A stretch of DNA of 64,000 bases from Laetmonice hystrix (taxonomy: Eukaryota), in the NCBI GenBank assembly GCA_965235115.1, contig OZ249436.1, forward strand, positions 31,250,001 through 31,314,000, given 5' to 3'. The translations under genes and the position numbers were made by a program. This document shows positions 51,445-62,409 of the stretch, piece after piece; the stretch's first letter is position 1; each line of letters starts with the position of its first letter. Under the pieces are notes generated by a model, which was not told the DNA's origin, ran no database searches, and saw only the letters and a program-made list of their open reading frames with translations.

Positions 51445-53548
51445 ACCGGCAATTCCCGATGTTACAGGATTGGAACGGGTGTTCCGTAAACCGGCAATTC
51501 CCGATGTTACAGGATTGGAACGGGTGTTCCGTAAACCGGCAATTCCCGATGTTACAGGATTGGGTGTTCCGTAAACCGGCAATTCCCGATGTTACAGGAT
51601 TGGACCGGGTGTTCCGTAAACCGGCAATTCCCGATGTTACAGGAAAGGGTGTTCCGTAAACCGGCAATTCCCGATGTTACAGGATTGGACCGGGTGTTCC
51701 GTAAACCGACAATTCCCGATGTTACAGGACAGGGTTTCCGTAAACCGGCAATTCCCGATGTTACAGGAAAGGGTTTCCGTAAACCGGCAATTCCCGATGT
51801 TACAGGATTGGAACGGGTGTTCCGTAAACCGGCAATTCCCGATGTTACAGGATTTGGTGTTCTGTAAACCGGCAATTCCCGATGTTACAGGATTGGACCG
51901 GGTGTTCCGTCAACCGACAATTCCCGATGTTACAGGATTGGACCGGGTGTTCCGTAAACTGGCAATTCCCGATGTTACACGAAAGTTTGTTCCGTAAACC
52001 GGCAATTCCCGATGTTACAGGATTGAAACGGGTGTTCCGTAAACCGGCAATTCCCGATGTTACAGGATTTGGTGTTCTGTAAACCGGCAATTCCCGATGT
52101 TACAGGATTGGACCGGGTGTTCCGTCAACCGACAATTCCCGATGTTACAGGATTGGAACGGGTGTTCCGTAAACCGGCAATTCCCGATGTTACAGGATTG
52201 GGTGTTCCGTAAACCGGACATTCCCGATGTTACAGGATTTGGTGTTCTGTAAACCGGCAATTCCCGATGTTACAGGATTGGACCGGGTGTTCCGTCAACC
52301 GACAATTCCCGATGTTACAGGATTGGAACGGGTGTTCCGTAAACCGGCAATTCCCGATGTTACAGGAAAGGGTGTTCCGTCAACCGACAATTCCCGATGT
52401 TACAGGATTGGAACGGGTGTTCCGTAAACCGGCAATTCCCGATGTTACAGGATTGGGTGTTCCGTAAACCGGCAATTCCCGATGTTACAGGATTGGGTGT
52501 TCCGTAAACCGGACATTCCCGATGTTACGGGGTTGGAACAGGTGTTCCGTAAAGCGGCAATTCCCGATGTTACAGGAAGGGGTGTTCCGTAAACCGGCAA
52601 TTCCCGATGTTACAGGAAGGGGTGTTCCGTAAACCGGCAATTCCCGATGTTACAGGATTGGACCGGGTGTTCTGTAAACCGGCAATTCCCGATGTTACAG
52701 GATTGGGTGTTCCGTAAACCGGCAATTCCCGATGTTACAGAATTGGAACGGGTGTTCCGTAAACCGGCAATTCCCGATGTTACAGGATTGGACCGGGTGT
52801 TCCGTAAACCGGACATTCCCGATGTTACAGGGTTGGAACAGGTGTTCCGTAAACCGGCAATTCCCGATGTTACAGGATTGGACCGGGTGTTCCATAAACC
52901 GGCAATTCCCGATGTTACAGGATTGGAACGGGTGTACCGTAAACCGGCAATTCCCGATGTTACAGGATTGGACCGGGTGTTCCGTAAACCAGCAAGTCCC
53001 GATGTTACAGGATTGGAATCGGTGTTCCGTAAACCGGCAATTCCCGATGTTACAGGATTGGACCGGGTGTTCCATAAACCGGCAATTCCCGATGTTACAG
53101 GATTGGACCGGGTGTTCCGTAAACCGGCAATTCCCGATGTTACAGGATTGGAACGGGTGTTCCGTAAACCGGCAATTCCCGATGTTACAGGATTTGGTGT
53201 TCTGTAAACCAACAATTCCCGATGTTACAGGATTGGAATCGGTGTTCCGTAAACCGGCAATTCCCGATGTTACAGGATTGGACCGGGTGTTCCATAAACC
53301 GGCAATTCCCGATGTTACAGGATTGGACCGGGTGTTCCGTAAACCGGCAATTCCCGATGTTACAGGATTGAAACGGGTGTTCCGTAAACCGGCAATTCCC
53401 AATGTTACAGGATTGGACTGGGTGTTTCGTAAACCGGCAATTCCCGATGTTACAGGATTGGACTGGGTGTTCCGTAAACCGGCAATTCCCGATGTTACAG
53501 GATTTGGTGTTCTGTAAACTGGCAATTACCGATGTTACAGGATTGGAC
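51445..53548. repeat. 40-45-bp minisatellite, about 48 copies, with length variants
   Basis: Core gtgttccgtaaaccggcaattcccgatgttacagga plus a variable 4-9-nt linker. Confidence 0.97.
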
Positions 53549-53573
53549 GAAAATCATTGCATGAATTATTGTT

Positions 53574-53817
53574 GGGTGGCCACACCATGAGCTGTGGCCG
53601 CGCGGTCGGTGCTAGCGATGAGCGACGCTTGACTTTTCAAAGTATATCGTCGCTCACAGCTCGAGCCCCGATATTTGACCTCTCGATCTCAAGAGGGAAG
53701 CGCATGGACAGCCAGCGATTATCGCTTTTGGTGTGACCACCATCGCCTCACAGCTCAAAGCTTGGCTACAGCTTGAGTAGCTACACCACAGCCGCAGCTC
53801 ATGGTGTGGCTTCAGCC
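53574..53817. mobile_element. Small MITE (Harbinger-like)
   Basis: Inverted ends GCCACACCATGAGCTGTGGC / GCCGCAGCTCATGGTGTGGC; TSD unclear. Confidence 0.55.
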
Positions 53818-54791
53818 TAACGTCGGTGACCGCTGGTACTTTAAAGTCGGCGCAAAATCGCCTTAGTGGAATACGGTTTACGGGTTGTTTCTGATGTTCC
53901 TTGCCATTCATGTGCTCGGTACCGGTTGTCCTGCAGGCCTATAAGATAAAACATGGGAGGTATGATATAGCTGTTATATCCCTGAATATGATAAAAGTGC
54001 ATATTTATCTCTTATTTCTGATCTTTCCCCTTTTTTAATCAAAGAAGAAGTAAGCTGCTGAGGGGTTTCTACTGTTGGGGGCTACTTGACAACACGACCT
54101 TTTTTATGCCGTTGATAATATTAACTGGACGTTGCCCTGATTTAACAAAAAGGGTCAAATCTTATTGTCGGTGAGGGCGGATAAACGGATTAGCCACATT
54201 GTGCGAGAAAACGGCGGCAGCGTTGGTTGTCCGCGTCCCAATCTCACGCAGGCTAGGAGGACCGTCGCTAAGTGCGCCCCGTCGAACGGACAATCCGCGT
54301 TGGGAGGAGGCCCACACACCGAGACTGTTGACAGTCCTTAAGCCACCTGAGGCCACCGGATCAAGTTTTCAAACCAGGCACTTCACATTGGCGGGATAAA
54401 GACAAATTCAGGTACGCTGTATGCAGCGCATATTCAAGACAAAGTCACTACATACATTTTATATAGCTTCTGATATTAAAATTTCTGTTTTCCCACACCA
54501 TTCTAAAGCCCCCGTCACACTTTCCCGGATCGCCGCCGGGTCTTGCCGGATCGGGGCTACGGGCGCATCTGGCATGATCCGTGGTCCGATCCGGCGTGAT
54601 CCGGGATGTTCCGTAGATACCCGTGGCAACCCGTACCGATTCGTAGCGGTCTTTCGATCCGTGGAAAAGTTTTCAACATGTTCAAAACTTTTTCGATTTC
54701 GACCACGGATAAAACCCCCGTATAGCGGACCCGTATAGCAAACCCGTAGATGACGCGTAGACGATACGTAGCAACGCTTAGTGGACACTTA

Positions 54792-54973
54792 AGGCCGGTT
54801 TATAGTCCGTCGGCCGACCATCGACCGACCATCGGCCGACCATCGCTCGACGTCAGGTCAAAGTTCACGCAGGCTTAAGGCCGGTTTATAGTCCGTCGAC
54901 CGGCCGGATCGCTGGACTATAAACGTTCAGCGATGGTCGGCCGATGGTCGGCCGACGGACTATAAACCGGCTT
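54792..54973. mobile_element. Harbinger MITE nested in the first left end
   Basis: TIR A(G/A)GCCGGTTTATAGTCCGTCGGCCGACCATCG, TSD TTA; the empty site ggacacttagcg is present in the second copy at about 55372. Confidence 0.9.
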
Positions 54974-56220
54974 TTAGTGCTTCCCTATAGTAAACCGTGA
55001 TCACGTGATCGGTGACGGATCGACTACGGGTTGTAAGGTATCCTTCTCGGCTTGGTACGTATAGGTAAGTGTTGGTATAGGGAGCGTAAAGCCCCCGTCA
55101 CACTTTCCCGGATCGCGCGTCGGGTCTTGTCGGATCGGGGCTACGGGCGCATCCGGCATGATCCGTGGTCCGATCCGGCGTGATCCGGGATGTTCCGTAG
55201 CTACCCGTGGCAACCCGTACCGATTCGTAGCGGTCTTTAGATCCGTAGAAAAGTTTTGAACATGTTCAAAACTTTTTCGATTTCGACCACGGATAAAATC
55301 GCCGTAGCGGATCCGTAGCAACCCGTAGATGACCCGTAGTAACCCGTAGGCGATACGTAGCAACCCTTAGTGGACACTTAGCGTTTCCCTAGTAAGCCGT
55401 GATCACGTGATCGGTGATGGATCCACTACGTGTTGTTAGGTATCCTTCCCGGGTTGGTACGCATAGGTAAGTATTGGTAGGTATAGGAACGGATCACACA
55501 AAGTATTGGTGCCTATCCACTACGGGTTGATACGGTGTGCTACGGTGGTACCCTACGTATTGTGACGGGTTGGTATGGCTTGCTACGGGTTGCTTCAAAT
55601 CAAGGTAGCCAACGCGTGTGGCACGTGGTGACGCTCGCCTATATATTGGCGAGCACCCCAACCTGTTCGATCCGTAATAACCCGTCGGAGATACGTAACA
55701 GCCCGTAGTAATCCGTAGTGGAACCGCATCAACCCGTAAGAGAGCCGTAGTGAGCCATAGTAAGCCGTACCTATACGGAGTAGCCCCGGGAAGCTATCCG
55801 TAAAAATCCTTCTCAACCCGTAACAATGTCGTAGTAACCCCTACAGGAGCCGTGTCAAGGTGCTCTCACACTAGAGCTACGGCGCTACTACGACTACTAC
55901 GGTAATGGTCCACTACGGTTTTTACTACGATGTGCCATGGTACGATATACTACGTTTATACTACGGTGCTACTACGATGTAGTACGGTCCTTCTAAGGTC
56001 CTACTACGGACCAACTACTACGGTTTAGTACGGATTACTACGGTAGGGTACGATTAGCTGCGTTTCAATACGTTCTAATACGCACTACTACGTATCTACT
56101 ACGTATCTACTACGTATCTACTACGTATCTACTACGGTTGATCGGAAGTGGCGCGTGCGAATTGGCGCCAACTGTCACCTTTTATTGACGCCAAATTTCA
56201 CTTTTTTCAGTCATGGCTGA

Positions 56221-56430
56221 CTTGCCAACACTCCTTATTTCCACATCCACCGCTATCCTATACTGCAGCGTCGATTGCAGAGGGCACGGAAACGCCGGAT
56301 AGAGCGCTTCTGGGTCCGATATTGGCTGCTCAGAAGGCCAGGTTTTGGTCTTTATGAGCACCTTATTCCCGAGCTGACTCATGAAAACAGGGCAGGTTTC
56401 CGAAACTTTTTGCGAGTAGAGCCTGAGTAG
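56221..56430 (+). pseudogene. PIF/Harbinger transposase N-terminal fragment (not in the ORF track)
   Basis: Frame from 56221 reads ...LQRRLQRARKRRIERFWVRYWLLRRPGFGLYEHLIPELTHENRAGFRNFLRVEPE*, matching the Harbinger N-terminal pattern RR..R.WVR.WL.RR...G.Y..L..EL..E....F.NFLR; an out-of-frame ATG at 56213 follows a ttttttcag acceptor. Confidence 0.8.
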
Positions 56431-56463
56431 TGGGCGGCGTGGGTGGGTGCCCCCTAGCTTCTG

Positions 56464-56717
56464 CAGTGGCGTAGGAAAAGGGGGGGGGCGGGGGGGATGG
56501 CCCCTTCAATGAAAAAGTTGGGGGGCCAGAGTATGTTTTGCCCCCCCCCCATTATTAAGGTTGTGGGCCAATTAATATTATGTACATTTTCATACCTTTT
56601 TTCCCAAAGTAAAAAATTTAAAATTGTGGAAAGAAAATCATATATATGCACACACTAATACTGACAAACTTGCCCCCCCCCCCTCCCCCCAATTGCGAAT
56701 AGCTTCCTACGCCTCTG
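56464..56717. mobile_element. CAG-terminal MITE (hAT5-like)
   Basis: CAGTGGCGTAGGAA / TTCCTACGCCTCTG; flanks TTCTG / TTTTG. Confidence 0.75.
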
Positions 56718-59348
56718 TTTTGCAGATTTTATCATTTTAAAATGGGTGCAGAAGATGGGCAAATAGCACCGGCATGATAGACCTAACCGAACGGCCCATA
56801 GTAGGGCCTAGGCCCCTAATTACTAAAAGCAACGTTGGCTAGACTAAATATCATCGTAGGCCTAATTAAAACTTCATTATAGGGCCTACATAATCTCCCA
56901 TATATATTCGTTCATATTTCGCCACTTATTATAGTTGGCCTACTTTTTATATAGATCTATGGCTATGATATTTCCGAAATTTGTTAACCCTTTCAGTACG
57001 GAATTTCCATAATTCAATTCAGTGAACGAAATTTAGGCCCTATTTTATTTTTAGAAGTCTCATTTTATTTTCTTCTGCCTACATCTATAGGCCTACATTT
57101 ACACTCAAAAGATCACAATGCTATTTTCCGTTCCGCTTGCTAGATATGTTAGCCTATGTAAAACGCCTCTGGTGACTCTAAAAATTGTTTTTTTAAAGAA
57201 CCAAATTCGCTTGGGCAGCGTCACGAATGTCTTTGTACCTCAGCTCAGATTCGTCGTAACAAACCGTACTGAGACGTAGTAACTCCGTAGTAAAACGTTG
57301 TAATACCGTAACAACATTGGAATTCCGTAGCAGTCTGTAGTGGAGCGTAATAGTTTCGTAGTAGAACCGTGCAAATGTCGCAATGCGTTCGTACCAATAC
57401 CGTAGTAACTTCGTAGCAGGTCCGTACCAAACCGTAGGGTAACCGGGTGGAAATGGGGTGTGATCGTAGTAGACCCTAGCAGTCCGTAGAAAATCGTCAC
57501 ATGACGTAGTACACCGTAGTACACCGTAGTACACCGTAGTACACCGTAGTACAGCGTAGTAAACGTAGAACAACGTAGTAGAACGTAACACACTACGGTA
57601 TTGTCACGGTTTACTACGACTTTATTACGTTTTGGTACGGTTTACTACGACTTTGGTACGGTTTTACTACGGTGCGCATTTTTGCTACGGATTGCTACGG
57701 ATTTGAAAAAAATTTTGTGCATGCACAAAAACTTTTTGGGTTCCGCCACGGTTTCCCCTTACTACGGTAAGATGGTACGGTCTTACTACGTTCCTACTAC
57801 GTTCCTACTACGATTACTACGGTCCTACTACGACATTACTACGACTACTACGGTAAAGTACGGTATACTACGAACTCTAAACCGTACCATACCGTATCGC
57901 TCCGTAGTGCTAGTGTCAACCCGTTCTGGATACGGAGTTTCACGCATCATCGCCTTTCCAGGTCACGGAAGCTGCCGGATCGCCTTCCGCTACGGATCAT
58001 TCCAAACCGTCGCTTGATCCGGGAAAGTGTGACAGGGGCTTTTAAAGGGGTTGATAATGACTAAAGGAAAAGAATATTTTCTTTTTCGAAAGAAGGATAA
58101 GAGATGCAGTTTTGCTGTTTTTATTCGTATGAATACGATTTAAATATTGCTTAGCAAAATTTGAAACTACATCTTTCTATTTTCTTTTGTCGTTGTCATA
58201 TTCATGAAAGAAGTAATACTATATAAGGCAAGTAAATAAATCCCTATATCGTATATAAAATGACGCGTTTTGTATTCTTTCGTCCTTTTTCAATGGTACA
58301 TTTATTGCCGTTGATAAAGGTTGTCTGTGGTGGTAAGACGGTCTTGTAGACGATGACGGGAAAGATCCGGAAAACACGGTAGAGTAGAACTCGATACTAC
58401 AGATTAAAATATTTGACCATACATAGTCTACCGATCGGACAGTTCTGGCTTGATGTTACCTGCGTGCAAGCATTCAGTTCACGTTACTTTCTGTCAGAAC
58501 GGAATACGGCAAAGAGACAACCTTTCTGTTTGCGAATATTTCCAATAAAAGCTAGCCGAAACATTTACTAAAAGCCTGGTTTCATGTTGCATGAGATGTA
58601 GCTACAGTCATCCCGATAATACCCCTGCAAGATACAAGGTCTCTCAGTTACAAAACACTATCCGTACTTCAATTATAGTCTGATGGACATAAAACAGCAA
58701 AGTAGCTGCAGAGGCTCATTAACAAAAAAAGATGACGAAGCATTGCACAAAGACACCATCAGTATAAATTAATATAATTATGCATAACGTGTAAATCAGA
58801 AATTGTCTGTAAATTATGAAAGAAGTGATGGTGCCCTTCAAATATTGTTTCTAGATATTTGTGTAAAGTTTGATCACTACAAAGCAACATGATCTGAGAT
58901 TCGGAACTCACCTTACTAAGAGAGGACATAACTGGTATATTTCATGTAGGTGGCATGTAAAGTACGAATTGTCGGCCTGTAGAAAGGTGGTATGACGATT
59001 AAATAGTATTATTTTTGGCGAGGATTGCAATGTTTTGGACTAAGTGACGTTAGATCGACATGAATGTTGTTTAATCGTGTGTGATTCTATAGCGTCACTG
59101 CATGTGTAAAACTCTGATTAAATCGACTCATTGCGTTTATTCCCGGTTGCAAATTATGATGGACCGATGTCACATGGAAAGCTGACCCAAAGGGTCACTT
59201 ACATGGAAAGCTGGCCCAAAGGGTCACTTTATATTATGTCTCCCTGACATTTTTCTAATAAAGATAACATGCGCCATATAGGATATTGTTTCTAAGGGAT
59301 GTCTTTACGAATGTAATCCCCACCCGATCACCAGTGAAAAGCTCACTT

Positions 59349-61395
59349 TTTAGCCCCCACAACGGGGGGCTTATAATTCGACCTCCGTCCGTCCGTCCGT
59401 GCGTCCGTCCGTCCCTCCGTATGTCCGTAGACAGCGATTTCTCAGAAGTGTATGGGTCGATTTCTTTGAAACTTCACACAAGGATCAGGGATGAACTGCG
59501 GATGATGCACGTCCAACAGATTTTTGATATCATTCAAAATGGCCGCTTGGCGGCCATCTTGAGTGTAAACACATTTTGAGCAATAACTCAGCCAAAACAA
59601 TCACGATTTCTTTCAAACATGGTGCAGGGATGAGGCATAATGAGGGCCAATATGCATCACAATAAAATTTCAATTCAGATCCAAAATGGCGAGATGGCGG
59701 CCATATTTGTTTCTTGACCCCCACAATGACACTGTTTTGGCTTATATCTCCAAAACGGTGCAAGATAAGGCAATAGTTCCTATTATTGATAGATAGGAAG
59801 TCATATATGACGTTTCATTTGGCGCCATTTTCGATGACCTTGAGCGACCTTGAAAGGTCAATCAAGGTCATGCATATTTGCAATAGCCTGGATCTTCAAA
59901 ACAGTTAAAGATAACGACATAATCTTGCATGAAACATTACATAATGATCCGGGAAAGTCCACGGATGAGGCAGGTCAAAGATATTTTTGACATCAGTCAA
60001 AATGGCCGCGTGGTGGCCATCTTGGATGTAAACACATTTGGAGTAATAACTCAAACAAAACGATCCCGATTTCTTTCAAATTTGGTGGAAAGAAGGTGTA
60101 TATGAGGGGCAATGTATATGCCAATGTATTGCCAGATCAGAGCAAATATGGCGACATGGCGGCCATATTAATATTTTTACCTCCCCCCTATAACACTGCT
60201 TTGGCTCATATCTCCAAAACGGTGCAAGATAAGGCAATAGTTATTATTATTGACAGATAGGAAGTCATATAATTATGACGTTTCATTTGGCGCCATTTTC
60301 GATGACCTTGAGCGACCTTGAAAGGTCAATCAAGGTCATGCATATTTGCAATAGCCTGGATCTTCAAAACAGTTAGAGATAACGACATAATCTTGCATGA
60401 AACATTACATAATGATCCGGGACAGTCCACGGATGAGGCAGGTCAAAGATATTTTTGACATCAGTCAAAATGGCCGCGTGGTGGCCATCTTGGATGTAAA
60501 CACATTTGGAACAATAACTCAGACAAAACGATCCCGATTTCTTTCAAATTTGGTGGAAAGAAGGTGTATATGAGGGGCAATGTATATGCCAATGTATTTC
60601 TAGATCAGAGGAAATATGGCGACATGGCGGCCATATTAATATTTTACTCCCCCCCCCATAACACTGCTTTGACTCATATCTCGAAAACGGTGCAAGATAA
60701 GGCAACAGTTATTATTATTGATAGATAGGAAGTCATATATGAAGTTTCATTTGGCGTCATTTTCCATGACCTTGAGCGACCTTGAAAGGTCAATCAAGGT
60801 CATGCATATTTTAATGGCCTGTACCTCCAAACCAGTTGAAAATAACAACATCTAATCTTGCATGAAACATTGCATAATAACCAGGGACAGTCTAAGGAGG
60901 ACACAGGTCAAATATATCATTAAAAATGGCTGCTTGGTGGCCATCATGGATTTAAAGAAATTCGAAGCAATAACATTTTCTGGATTTCATTCTTGCTGAC
61001 AGAAGGCATGAGGGGCAACAAGCGTGCCAAAGGTATGCATAGTTCCTTGACCCACAGATAATTTGTCCCTATACTCAGTTGGTTCACGCCAGACAACGCT
61101 ATTAAACTGTACATAACTGACCTCTAAAGGTCAATCGAGGTCAAGCATGTCTACAACACTTCATGTCGGATAACACTATCAAACTGTACATAACTGCATA
61201 GTTATTGCAGACACATGCATCTTTACGCCGGATAACGCCATCAAGCTGTACATATAACTGCATAGAACTTTACTAAGTTTACAAAGTTTCATTTGACAAT
61301 ATTTCCTTTGCCCTTCAAAGATCAATTGAAGTCGTGCATCGTTTTTTCAAGAATCCATAGTTCGTGGTGGGGGCTATAAGCTTCACAAGCTTGTT
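59349..61395 (+). mobile_element. Helentron-associated HINE/DINE-1/pearl-like element with about 3 central repeats of about 465 bp
   Basis: 5' TTTAGCCCCCAC..GGGGGCT followed by a (GTCC)n microsatellite; 3' GTGGGGGCTA followed by hairpin AAGCTT-CAC-AAGCTT and GTT; repeat anchors aaaatggc(c/t)gc near 59536, 59999, 60467 and 60923. Confidence 0.8.
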
Positions 61396-62409
61396 AAAGC
61401 ATGACTTTCTACACTGTTGAGTAAGCAAACAAGCTTGTTTTTTTATTTGAATACTAGTTCTACCATGCATTTGTACATTACACGTGTATGTCTGTATGTA
61501 GCCAAAATATGCATGAATTGCCAAGTCTAACAAAAATGAACGCTCTGTCATTGGCTTCTTTCAATACTATAATACATCCGGCCCCGTTTTACATGTTATA
61601 GAATATTGACCCATTAAATTTGTCATGTCATTTTTATCCTTTCAAAAAGACCCGCCATGGATTGTTATTCCAGTCAATATCGCAGAGTCCAATCTATCAT
61701 TATTGTGAACACAATGATTGGTTTTCCATGCTGTGTTTTTCTGAACCCTACTGCTATAGTCCTTTAACTGCTTGGATCCATTTAATATGTTATATATAAA
61801 CAAAAGCGTATCATTTGTAATATATTATGTTATAAAAGGAACAAGAAGACTTTTTTTCAGTTTAGATCTATAGAGAGTGAGACTATAAGTTAAAATTACG
61901 AAGAGAAGAACTGTTTTCTATGTAATGTTCTCTTGATCCCGAAATGATAGGTCGTAGTTTGCAGATATTGAATTTGGTATTTGACTAATATTGCCATCCT
62001 TGTACATGTATGTTGTAGAGGTCCCCCATACCACACAAACGTGATATAATTAAATGTCAATATCAAATTGATAATCAAGTGATCTCCTTAAACCAGAAAC
62101 ACTTATCCATTTTTTCAGTGAATGGTGATTACGTAATCATTGACCTCATTATCTTAATAATATGTCGAGATCTAACAAATGTATGCTACCAGTGAATATA
62201 GACCCCCTCCCCTTGCCCCGCCGCTCCGAAACCATATGTTCCTGATACCTCAGCTGGCTAACAATAACAGGTAACCCGGGTCCAATTATCTCTCGTTCTG
62301 TACACGTTTATTCCTCGCTAATCAATTAAGTTTAACCTTTAAGAAGGCGTGCATGGTGGATCAGAAAAAAATGAGGGTTGCTTAAACCTTCCCGTTCGGG
62401 CAAAACCGG

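Larger units (their letters stand above)
55858..57915 (+). mobile_element. Nested non-autonomous element carrying a Harbinger transposase fragment
   Basis: (AGGTGCTCTCA)CACTAGAGCTACGG ... CCGTAGTGCTAGTG flanked by TCA; CTACG/CGTAG subterminal repeats. Confidence 0.75.
54507..58040. mobile_element. Composite PIF/Harbinger element with two left ends (54507, 55090) and one right end
   Basis: TIR AGCCCCCGTCACACTTTCCCGGATC at 54507 and 55090, both preceded by TAA; inverse GATCCGGGAAAGTGTGACAGGGGCT ends at 58040; CCGTA/TACGG subterminal repeats. Confidence 0.8.

Noticed and set aside
51445..53548. CRISPR-like repeat/spacer appearance
   Set aside because: The linkers are only 4-9 nt and recur, there are no cas genes, and the context is eukaryotic
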